From: Ruditapes philippinarum
Taxonomy: Eukaryota
Direction: 5' to 3'
Assembly (NCBI RefSeq): GCF_026571515.1
Contig: NW_026860215.1
Location: 1-64,000, forward strand
Length of the DNA: 64,000 nt
Below are positions 12,010 to 22,899 of this stretch, piece after piece. Within the stretch, counting starts at the first letter, position 1, and every line of letters starts with the position of its first letter. The position numbers were made by a program, and so were the translations under genes. The notes below the pieces were generated by a model that saw only the letters and a program-made list of their open reading frames with translations, did no database searches and had not been told where the DNA came from.

Positions 12010-14754
12010 CTGAAATATATGTGACATTGTTTACATATCAATATTGAATGTAATATAAATGATGTTCAGTATAATAAACAAAAAATGAATTCAATTAAAA
12101 GGTTTAGTAACATGCATTTTGCTTAAAAACGTACGTAGAGGAATTCAACAGAAAATCAATATCATATCAGGCATATGTTCTGTTTTCACAATTATTTATG
12201 GAATTTAGCTCCTTCCTCTAGGAAGCTTATTTTTAAAAAGTAACGAAATAAAGAATAGAAAACTTTGGCTTTATGACCAAGACATTAAAATAGTACCTGA
12301 AATATCATTGTTCTCTGTTGCGCATGGAGCGTTGCTGCTGTCCTTTGTAGCACATGCAACGTCGTCCTTGTCCTTTGTGGCACCTGCAACGTCGTCCTTG
12401 TCTTTTGTGGCACATTGTAGCTTGTTGTTTTCATTGCGTTTGAAATATGATCATTGATCTTTGCAACACTTGGGACAGTAGCACGTAGTGCGTTGTTATT
12501 TTCTGTTAATACTGGAGGGTTGTTGTCGTTGTCTTGGCCACTATGAACGGAATTTGTTATCTTAACAGCAAGGTTATCAGTGCTAATGTAATCTGAGGCT
12601 CCTGGGGATTTGTTGGCCTTCTCTGCAACACAAGGAGTGTGAGTGTTGCTTTTTGTTGCATGTGGTGGAATATCCGGGATGACATCTTCTCCAGTTTTGA
12701 TAATATCTGAAAATTTTAAAATATTTCATAGTTATCGATTTAAAAGTCAAACTCATAGAAATTACTTAGAAAATTAAAAATATCAACACATGCGATTTAA
12801 AAATTTAATTCGACATTATTTTAGTGCTTGATAGAGGAGATTGAAATTCCTTTAAGAAATTAACGCATTCTGTCGTCTCTATCATTTCTATACACTTCTC
12901 TTTCCAAATAAAAATTCTTTATATCTCTACACATGAATCTTGTTTGAGTGAACTAAATATACACCAAATAAATGACGGATGTAAACTGTCCAACAACTTG
13001 TCAAATAATTCAAAATCATATTTGTTTCGCTAATTCTTAGTGCATGTCTTTACAGTGCAAAGAACTTTATGTGGTTAGATCTTCACTCGGTGCTTTTGAA
13101 AAATCTAGATCGTCCTATATCAACTATACATATAATATAAAAAAATCAATATGAAATCCTTAATAACTCACTCTTCTTTGACTGGGATGCCTCTGTAGTT
13201 GTTAATATACGAAGAAGAAGAGAAAAAAAAACACAAAAAAAACCCACATACACACAACATACCGTCTACTTTGACTGTGGCAGGTACCATTCTTTTACAA
13301 TGTATCAGCCCAATGTTTCTCGGCGGCACGTATTTTGGAGGGTTTTTGATTTTTGGCACAACAAAGCCTACTTTATCTGCACGTGGAATATTGAGACTTG
13401 GCACGTGAAATGTTTCCTTCCTACCTAGAGATGGCGCTGGACGGTTGTGTTCAGGGTATACTAAAATAATTTAACATGAACATGTACTCATTAGCATAAA
13501 AGTTATTTGATAGTATGAAATTAAGATAAATTATGATAATGTCATAATAAAGATTATTTAGAAATTTTATGAACAAATGGTCAGAATGTTGTTGTTTTTC
13601 GCTTAAGTGAAATACATATATGGAATATATTTTTACCCAACAAGATATAATTCCATTCACATCCACGAGCCGGAACAGGAAGTGAAATACAACATATATA
13701 ATTTAGTTTCATCATGATAAGTGAAAATATATTCCATATTTCACGAAATACGAAAAAAATAACCTTTAAATTTAATTTTTCTTGCAAAGAAAAAAAAGAG
13801 TTATTTACAAAAAAAATCACATTTACTACACAGTTGAAATTGTATATATCCAAATATTTTCTTAAAATGAAATGAATTTTAGCTGAAGCTACTAACTCTC
13901 ACAGAAAAATATTAAACAGATCATCATCAGAATGGACACAACTTTTGATATCAAAGAAGGGTCAGAAATGTTTAATATAATACATGTATTTAAAATGATA
14001 AATAATTTTAAAAAGTATGTTTAATTCGTTAATTGAAAGAGAGGTAAAACTGTACCTTCTCTTCCAGCAAATGCTGTTTTGTTGTATGTATGTTCCACCA
14101 TTATTGGATGCTGACCAATATATATCGTATGAGGAGTTGTCGATTCAGTATCAACCACCTTTCCTGTACATGATCTTACTACTAAAAACTTGTAATTCAC
14201 GAAACTGTCTTTGGGAAGCCTTAAATATAAAACATGACAATTGTTTTGAAAGCTTAATTGACAGGTTATTATCTGGAGCTGATGCGTTGTTTAAGCAACC
14301 CAGGGAGCCACAGTTCTAAGACCTGATCGCTAGTTTTATTACAATGAGGTATAATTGAACAATCTTTCAATAACTTTGATATTTAGAAATTTTTAGAAAC
14401 CGTTTGGTATCTACACAAATTTCGAATGACTACCCTGATGTGTTGTACATGTAAAGGAAAAATGATATTATTTTGAATGAAACAAAGAGCTGTTCTGCGA
14501 TTTGTGACGGTTAGAAAATAAGTAATATTTTTGGCGTTCAGACATATTTGTTATAAAACCTACCACAAGTCTTTCTCCCAAACGTTACGCCCAATAGGTT
14601 TGCATCTTGGAGCAATTTCGGGGTTATCATTGCCAAGTTGAATGCCCGGACCGACCACGGCTACAAAGTAGTCATTTGCCCCACCCGGATAACATTCTAG
14701 AGACTTGAACACCCGCAGTTGTACTTTCACTTTATCATTTCTTGTTGATGTCAT
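11837..14754 (-). CDS. Six-exon gene: CBM20-like domain + putative LIR + repeat linker + C-terminal tail anchor (STBD1-like parts, ~393 aa if the 1-bp frameshift is repaired)
   Basis: Exons 14564-14754, 14056-14219, 13637-13681, 13263-13460, 12297-12706 and 11837-12009. Boundaries are GT-AG except one AC acceptor. Phases are compatible (2,1,1,1,1) apart from a 1-bp deficit in exon 5. The joined translation aligns by eye to the CBM20 consensus. A minus-strand AATAAA lies at 11804-11809. Confidence 0.75.
12297..12706 (-). CDS. Coding exon 5: low-complexity linker with 30-bp/10-aa repeats (ATKDKDDVAG/ATKDKDDVAC); contains a 1-bp frameshift
   Basis: aaattttcAG|...TCA G|GTac, 410 bp (411 needed). 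The repeat frame and the downstream phase both require a shift near 12430-12450. Confidence 0.7.
13263..13460 (-). CDS. Coding exon 4: Pro/basic-rich linker
   Basis: attattttAG|...GAC G|GTatgt, 198 bp, phase 1-1, open: YPEHNRPAPSLGRKETFHVPSLNIPRADKVGFVVPKIKNPPKYVPPRNIGLIHCKRMVPATVKVD. Confidence 0.75.
13637..13681 (-). CDS. Putative 45-bp phase 1-1 micro-exon (VPVPARGCEWNYILL) with a WxxI LIR-like motif; its acceptor reads AC
   Basis: gttgtatttcAC|ttcctg...ttgttgG|GTaaaa. The length is a multiple of 3 and the phase matches both neighbours, but the acceptor is non-canonical. Confidence 0.45.
14056..14219 (-). CDS. Coding exon 2: C-terminal half of the CBM20-like domain
   Basis: ttatatttaAG|G CTT...GAA G|GTac, 164 bp, open frame. 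LPKDSFVNYKFLVVRSCTGKVVDTESTTPHTIYIGQHPIMVEHTY contains the LP...YKF CBM20 motif. Confidence 0.8.
14564..14754 (-). CDS. Coding exon 1: N-terminal half of the CBM20-like domain
   Basis: ttattcacAG|ATG...TTG TG|GTaggt. Translation MTSTRNDKVKVQLRVF...FVAVVGPGIQLGNDNPEIAPRCKPIGRNVWEKDLW matches the CBM20 pattern VxFxV...VxVxG...LGxW...W. Confidence 0.8.
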
Positions 14755-15271
14755 CTGTGAATAATTAACATACAAAGTCAATATGTGCTGACTACCATAA
14801 TATTATATTGTTGTCATTTACTATAAACTTTCCTAAATCATTGTAATAAATAGTTGTAGGTATGAAAGGTATAAGGTAACTTTTACAAAGCAAATAAACT
14901 TATTAATTTAAGCAATCCGGCTGACTGGACTAGATAGTCCGTGGACTGGATTGGAACTGACTGATATTACACGCCCGTTAGAAAATTTGGAAATGTTCAC
15001 TTCAGGTAATGTCGTTCAAATCAAACAAATATCAATACATAAAATGCACTGAGTCCAATTTCTCAGGTTATATTATAGTATTTACCCGTATTTTGGTTTT
15101 TTACATGTATAGTTCATTTCAATTAATATGGAACGTCAATGGTTAACATAATCAGATATGTTTTTTTTGTTATTTCAGCCAACAGCTGCAAATAATGTAT
15201 TTTTTTGTAATTTAAAACATTGTTTACAAAATGTACACATATATATTTACAAAATATTACATTATACTTAC

Positions 15272-15460
15272 CTTTAAGCATGAAAGTCTCCTAAAACATT
15301 TAAATATGTTGACTGAAAGAAAAATTGTCTGTATAGCTTACGCTTTGTTATCTTGGAATTGACGTAAATCATATGGAAACGACGTAACGTTAATGACGCA
15401 GCGACGTAAATGTTTATGACGTCACCAATATACATCGGATCTTTCTCGAGTCGCCATTTT
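15272..15460 (-). promoter_or_regulatory. Probable 5'UTR exon(s)/promoter region of the CBM20-like gene
   Basis: Strong minus-strand donor AAG|GTAAGT at 15272. Cluster of GACGT sites with a full CRE palindrome TGACGTCA at 15417-15424, CCAAT at 15425-15429 and YY1-like CGCCATTTT at 15452-15460. Confidence 0.4.
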
Positions 15461-15976
15461 ACATAGACCCGCTGGAATTTTAAACGAGTCGAGGGACATG
15501 ATATAGGATAGCCTGTAACGAGATTTATAACATTTCTAAAAGTTAAATTTATTATGTAAATTAAATTTATTTGAAATGATAACGATTTTTATCACATAAT
15601 ATAAAACCAGAAAACTGCTGAAAACTGCAAAATCTCCGTTAAACGAACAGTTTTATTAATATCATAAGAAGTATGTGTAATATGAAGAATTCTTATTGGT
15701 TATACTTTAACATTGAACGATATCATGTGATTATCTTTTTCCTTTCGAAAAATAAAATGAGACAATTTCTGGATTAGCACACACAATATGGAAATTTTCA
15801 TTTACAGTTACAGCACACAATACAAGTCGAAAGAGTGGCATTTCGCAACAGATGACTAAACTTGGAACAAATGAATTACAATGTTACAGACGGGTGAAAT
15901 CGTAAATAAATGTTTTCTGATGCTTTTGCATAGCCTAGGGTGACCAATAAGGAAGCGGATAAGTTGTAATATATTA

Positions 15977-16313
15977 GGGCACTTGTCGTGTGGTTGCTTG
16001 GCGTCAAATATTGTTGTTCCGTCAACCCGTCATTTTGACAACTGAATTTAAAATGTTATTTTTTATTTTGATCATTATTGTATTTTGAATTAAATGTGCG
16101 TAAATTACGAACAAAAAATATATTGTAGTTTGAACTAAATAATCGCAATTAAGTGTTAATAGTTTGTTAAATTGTTTCTATAAACGTATATTATTACTAC
16201 CCATTAACTGTTAGGTTGTGACAAATCAGCATCGCATCCCTTTCACAACATCAGTTTGACGAAACAACGAAACATTTAGCTGCCTTAGCGTCACAAGGAC
16301 GGAAAATTGCTCC
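15977..16313. mobile_element. Old degenerate MITE-like element
   Basis: Imperfect ~50-bp inverted ends (gggcacttgtcgt...gttgttccgtcaacc vs gtttgacgaaacaac...gacggaaaattgctcc). Confidence 0.35.
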
Positions 16314-16414
16314 ATACGCTGTCTGATGTGCTGGTACAGTGATCCAGCATTCCACCCCCGTGCAATTAATATATAGGTAACAATTATAGCGGTCAAGAAG
16401 TGAAGATGGAGATA

Positions 16415-16800
16415 GAGGGTCTTAGCTTATGGGTAAGAGCATCGGACAAATCCGTCGTGGGCTCGAATCCAGTTAACTTTGTGATTTTCTTTTGACTTCC
16501 ACAACCTACACTAGCGCGATTACTTGTTAGGTAACCAACGACGCTATCAGCTAGCGTAAATTATTTAAAGCGCACGTCTAGGTCATAAATATGTATTAAA
16601 CATTAAATAAATGTGAAAACAAACAATCAAACAAATGATCCTAGGTGTCTGCCTTGAATCCGAGAAGCAGTGGTTAAGCCCAACTCTGATCACCACTATA
16701 ATTCCTCAAATGACACCAGTCCTGGAAAGCTCAAGGAAGCAGACTTAAGCGTTCTTTAAATCAACAAAAGCACTTATTGCCGCAATGATAAATTAATTAG
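16415..16800 (+). mobile_element. Degenerate tRNA-derived SINE remnant(s)
   Basis: A-box-like tagcttatgggtaagagc and B-box-like gggctcgaatcc at ~16420-16470; SINE-like 3' segment gacaccagtcctgg...caaggaagcagact near 16710-16790. Confidence 0.4.
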
Positions 16801-16810
16801 AGGTTAATAC

Positions 16811-16930
16811 TTGGTTGCTGCTCGCCATTATGCGATATTTGTCCGTAGATGTGCATAATGGCCTGAGTGTCGCAGGCCCGAAGGACATTATGAACTCGAG
16901 GGCCATTATCGCATAATGGCGATCAACAGC
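16811..16930. repeat. Long imperfect hairpin (nested inverted repeats)
   Basis: Outer arms tcgccattatgcgata / tatcgcataatggcga; inner arms cataatg...cattatg around a GC-rich loop. Confidence 0.7.
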
Positions 16931-19900
16931 AGCAACAACAACAACAACAACATTTTATTTTGTAAATAAAGGCCTCCGGCCCAAAATACACAATATAATC
17001 AAAACAGATATACATATTTAGCTGTGTCTACAATATACATTGTTATATATGACATGATTTCCTATTGATATTAATTATCAACAATTTTCATAATTTCATG
17101 AACAAAAAGCAATATTCTTATTTTTTTCTTCATTTTTGGTATTAATCAAATTACAAAAATTATGGAATGTATAATCATGACTGTACCATGGAGATATATA
17201 ACGTTGTCTTTATTGGGAAAATCTGTTACAAATAAAAAATACATGAAATTCATATTCGATGAACGAATTGTTATAATTTTGTAAACAGTGTTGGCAAATT
17301 CGCTCATATCTTGGTATACCCAAATGTCGTCCAGTTTCTATATATAATTTATGACTAGAACATCTAAATCTCGATAATGATCTTTTTATATAAAATGGCA
17401 TATCAATAGATAAATACTTTTCAGGATTTAACATAGATTTGAAAAATTTATAGGTGTCAATTCAGGGTGAATTCTGAATTTCTCCATCCAATTTTGTGTT
17501 TTACAATCAATAATCCTTTGTTTAAATTGATAAATAAAAAGATTGATATCCCCAATTTCTTGACTAAGCCATACAAAGCCAAACCCATAAGTATACACTA
17601 AGTTTTTTACTGAAGTAGCCCAATTTTTCTTTCCAACATTATCCTGTCTAGTTAACATCAAATAACAATTTCTAGGATATCTATGTTCTGGCATACAAAG
17701 AAGTTTACACCAATATTTGATAAATTTTACATGATGATCAATACATAAAGGCATCCTTCCACATTCACCCAGTGCAACATTGTCATTAACAGACTAATTT
17801 ACACCTAGAAAATCTTTACAATATTGTATTTGAACTAGTTCAAGAATTTCGGAGGATTTCGGCACCATAGGTAAGTATAGGTTTTAACATAGAGTCAAAT
17901 AATTTAAAATAATCAGAGTGTGAAAACTTGATATGATTTAATAGCTTAAATAGATTTCCTAGCTTGTGCAGCAAGTTTAGTTTTTGCTTTTGGCCAAGAT
18001 AATTTAGGTGTAAATAAAAGACCGATACATTTGTACATTGAGGTGACATTTACTGAACTGCTGTTGTATAACAATTTTTCATATGATCTGAGCGGTCCCC
18101 CATTTCTAAATACAATTATTTCAGTTTTATTCTCATTTATAGACATACCGGTATTATTACAAAATTCTGAAATTTAACTTAATTGAGACTGAAGTTCGAT
18201 CGCAGTATCGGCACAATTTGCAACATCATCAGCGAAAAGAATGCATATAATATCGGGAATTTGATCCGTAATGAATATACCGCGATGCCCCTTATTACGC
18301 AGAAAGGGAGAAAACTTATTTATATACAGATTAAACATAATCGTACTTATTACGTCCCCTTGTCTTGTACCTATGTTACATTTAAAATATTCTGTAGTTT
18401 TGGTAGTACTAACTTGTACACATCCACGCAGTTTGAGTACATTGATAAAATAACACGAAATAAATCCCCCCTAACGCCACATCTGTTTATAGTATTGAAT
18501 AAATTAAAATGTTTAAGTCCATCAAATGCTTTTTTTAAAATCTACATAAAGAACATAAAATCGTCCGCCCAGTTTACTAATATATTTCTGTACCAAACTT
18601 TGTAATATAAAAATATTATCAATTGTAGAGTAAGAATCCGGCTTGGGATTCATCTATTTTATCAAATTTCTCAGCCCAATTATATAACCTATCATATATA
18701 ATATTAGAAAATATCTTATACATAACATTGATTAAGGAAATTCCTCTATAATTAGAAGGGTCATCCTGAGGCCCAGACTTGTACACGGGTACTTTTATAC
18801 TATCATTCCAAATGTCTGGGATAACCCAGTACTAAATATCTTATTAAACAATTTACAAAGGACAGGTGCGATTAATGACGAAGTATTTTTTATAGAATTC
18901 TGCTCCGATGCCATCACTTCCCTGTGATTTTCCACATTTCAATTTATTTATACTTTTGATGACTTCATCAGAGGAAATTTCAGAATTTAAATAGAAATTT
19001 TCCTAATCAGTATTAACTCTAAAGTCCCAATTATTTTCATATATATTAGGTTGGTTACTTTTAAATAATAATTCATGAAAATAATCAAACCAAGCTCCGG
19101 TATCTATCAATGAAGATTGTTAATTTATATACTATTTCTAGATTTTAACAGTTTCCAAAAGGCTTTGGGATTTGATCGTCACGTAATTAGTTGATCGCGC
19201 TTAGACTTTTGGTAACGATACTTTTTTTATATTGCTCGTTTTTTTAAAACGTTTTCGGAGCGCTACAAATTGTTGAAAGTCTAATATATTATAAGACCAG
19301 CGAAAACGTCGTAGAGCTGCGTATTTAAGCAGCATAGTTGTTTCGCATTCTCGATCCCACCAGGGTTGATTATTATTTACACTATTTCGCGCTAAATATC
19401 TAACGCGCATATTTGCTGATGATTTTTTTTATAAATATTAATGATATGATTAACTGCATTGTTAATACTTAGATCTATTTCATGAAGAAAATTCTCTCGT
19501 ATAGAATTATACTCCGTGGTAAATAATTGTAAGAAATCCGACATATACCTATCATTCCATCTATATTTGTCGACATATACTTCATTAAAGGTTTCATTTT
19601 CCTTATTATATCTAACAAATGGTTGTCCTCGCTCTAAAGTCAATCTTGCACAAATTGGTAAATGATCTGATTCGTGACGCTCTTCAACGTTGAAATAACT
19701 TATATGAGAAAAGATATCAGACGAGACAATGTGATAGTCAACAACACTTGCTCCATTGTCAGTTAAACAAGTAAAATTACCTGCAACATCATTGTACAAA
19801 CGACCATTTAAAATATGGATACTATGAATACAACATAATTCTACAAGAGATCTCCCAAATAAATTATATCTCTCAATATCTTTGTTATTTCTAGAAATTT

Positions 19901-20472
19901 CGAAATAGTCTGATTCATAGTCAACTTCTGTATTAAAATATTACATCTAAATTATCATGTGGAATGTAATCTAATAAATTCTTCGTACGTGCATTGAAAT
20001 CGCCACCTAAGTATAGATATACATTTGGATACATATTATTTAATATTTCAATATTACTTTAAATGGTTTTAATTCCATTTTTTAGGACTTTTTGTCATAA
20101 ATATTTGACCCTTTAGGAGAAACATAAACAATGTATAAAAAATATCTTACATGGATCTGAACAAAACACTTTTAATATATAAAACTATACAATCGTTAAA
20201 GTCAGTGCAAATGTGAAATAAAATTGTTTGTTATCAGGTGCGATTTAATATACACGGAAACACCACCACTGTTACGTAAAGAGCCAGAAGATTTTAAACG
20301 CATGTTATTAAAACACGTATAACCATACAAAATGTTTGCAAATTCATTTGCAACATCATTCCAAGTTTCTACTAAACCAATAATGTCAAACCTCTGTCAA
20401 TAATTTAAGAAATTGTATTCATGTACATGTTTCTTTAAACCGCAAATGTTCCATATGACAATGTTTATATTT
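16925..20472 (-). mobile_element. Decayed non-LTR retrotransposon (APE endonuclease + RT; RTE-X-like), ORF2 pseudogene
   Basis: Minus-strand motifs in order: WNICG (~20450), IGLVETW, YLGGDFNART (~20000), VVDY, SDHLP, PWWD, NYRGISL (~18740), YVDFKKAFD (~18540), GTRQGD (~18365), LFADD (~18230), KTEIIVF, LTYGAEI, ALGECGR, SSHKLYIETGR...RICQHC...EFHVFFIC. The 3' end has AATAAA plus a (TTG)n tail. Many stops and frameshifts. The clade assignment rests on recalled motif similarity. Confidence 0.92.
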
Positions 20473-20474
20473 AC

Positions 20475-22498
20475 ACAAGGGCCTTGACATTAAGACTGAA
20501 TTTTGACCTAGTGGCCAAAAATCAAACCAATAGGGATTGTCTATTGGTAGGTAACTGTAAAGGTTGTGTGCAGCAATTTTATGACAAAGTTAACATAAAT
20601 CTTACCGAAAATGTAGGCATAAATTTATTGAATCATGTAGGCCTCCTTAAAGCCAGCCAATTTCATAATATTACATGAGACATTGAACTATGCATTCCAA
20701 AAGCATTTTTAGTTTGATAAAAATATCAACCAAGGCAACTTGAGTCATTGATTTATTGGTTGAAAACAGTCTTTACATACAAGGTCAATGTGACTTTAAC
20801 CTTTGACCCTGAACTCAATAAGGGTTATCTACTGGCCAAAACCAATGCACCTGAGAAGGTTAAGTACCCATGCATTGTTGAGATATTGATCAGAAGCGTT
20901 GTTACTTTTAAGGTTAAAGTGATCTTGACTTCTGGACCCTTGACAACAAAAATCCATTTAGTTCATCTTCTGACCAAAAAACAATGCATCTGTGAAGTTT
21001 GAAGGTAAATGGTCCATGTGTTTTCAAGTTATTGATAGGAAACCGTTTTATCACATATAAGGTCAATTTGACCTTGACCTTTTACCCTTTGATCCCAAAT
21101 CAAAAGGGGTTATCTATTATTCATGACCAATGCATCTACAAAGTTTGAGGGCAAAAGACCCATGTCTTGTCAATATATTGATCAGAAACAGCTTCTACCT
21201 ACAAGGTCAATATGACCTTGACCTTTGACCACTTGACCAAAAAAACAATAGGGGTCATCTACTTGCCATGACAAATGCACCTACAAAGTTTGAGGACCAA
21301 CAACCCATGAATTGTCAAGTTATTGATTGAAAACCGTTTTTACATACAAGGTCAATGTGACCTTGGCCTTTGAACCCTTGACCCAAAAATCAATAGGGGT
21401 AATCTACTGGTCATGAACAATAATCATAACAAGTTTGAAGTTTGTAGGCTTAAGAGTTCTTTAGTTATTGATCAGAAAATGTTTTACCTACAATGTCAAT
21501 GTGACCCCAAAATCAATAAAAATAATCTACTGGTCATGAACAATTATCAGACCAAGTTTCCTAAGAGTTATTTAGTTATTGATCAGAATCCGTTTTTACC
21601 TACAAGGTTAATGTGACCTTGACCTTAGACACTTGACCCTAAAATCAATAGGAATCATCAACTGGTCATTAAGAGTCATAAACAATCATCATATCAAGTT
21701 TAGAGTTCCTAGGCATAAGTGTTCTTTACTTATTGATTGGAAACCGTTTTTATCTAAAAGGTCAATGCGACCATGACATTTGACCACTTGACACCAAAAT
21801 CAATAGCCATCAACTGGTCAAAAACAATAATCATAACAAGTTTGAAGTTCATAGGCATAAGAGTTCTTAAGTTATTGATTAGAAAAGTTTTAACCTACTA
21901 GGTCAATGTGACTTTGACCTTTAACCCATTGACTCAAAAATAAATAGGAGGTCATCTACTGGCCATGAACAATTATCATACCAAGTTTGAAGTTCCTAGA
22001 CCTAAGTGCCCTTTAGTGAATGATCGGAAAACGTTTTTACCTACAAGGTCAATGTCACCCCAAATCAATAGGGGTAATCAACTGGTCATGAACAATCATC
22101 ATACCAAGTTTGAAGTTTCATAGGCCTAAACATTCTTCAGTTATTGATCGGTTTCAGATTTTACCTCTGAGGTCTTTGACCCTTGACCCCAAGATCAAAT
22201 AGGGATCATCTACTTGTCATAAACAATCATCATATCCAGTTTGAAGATCCTAGGATCTAAACCTTCTTCAGTTATTGATCGGAAACTGTTTTTACCTACA
22301 ATGTCAATGTGACCTTTGAACTATTGACCTTAAAATTAATAAGGGGCCATTTACTGACCATAAACAATCATCATAACAAGTTTGTAGTTCATTCTTTAGT
22401 TATTGATCGGAAACCATTTGGTCTACGAACCGATCGAATGAACGACCGGCAGAATAATGCAAAGCAATATACTCCCACTTCTTTGAAGGGGGGCATAA
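20475..22498 (+). mobile_element. Helentron-associated (HINE/pearl-like) element with an internal ~143-bp tandem array
   Basis: About 12 units of aaggtcaatgtgaccttgacctttgacc...aaaatcaataggggtcatctactggtcatg...aagtttga...gttattgatcggaaac. Starts acaagggcc. The 3' end has a GACC-like short-repeat tract, then gcaatata and the hairpin cccacttc-tt-tgaagggggg followed by cataaa. Confidence 0.85.
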
Positions 22499-22899
22499 AA
22501 GTAGTTAATGTCATTTAGTCTGTCACAATGGCATACTTACATATTTTTACATATTTCATTAAGTGGTATTTTGATGAGAAATGATAATGTTATTGGATTT
22601 ATCGTAACACAACACATATTTGACAAATACATTTAAATAATTTTAAATGAAAACTAATATGGATCTTACAATGAAGTTAGAGTGTTATATCATAATAACA
22701 TCTAAAATATAAATCTAAAATGTTTTATTTCTGAAAGACATCTTCTGCTCATCTGTTTACTCTAAACAAGCCTTAAAAGTAAGCAAGATACTACCAATGT
22801 TTTAAATTGTCTGCTAGAGTATGATATAGTTATATACACAAAGGCAATTTGACAAACATGAAATACAAAGTTTATGTTATAATGCATTTAAGGTAAAAC

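Noticed and set aside
14017-14319. 100-aa plus-strand ORF (also 13199-13408 and 18183-18605)
   Set aside because: Antisense shadows of minus-strand exons or of LINE coding remnants.
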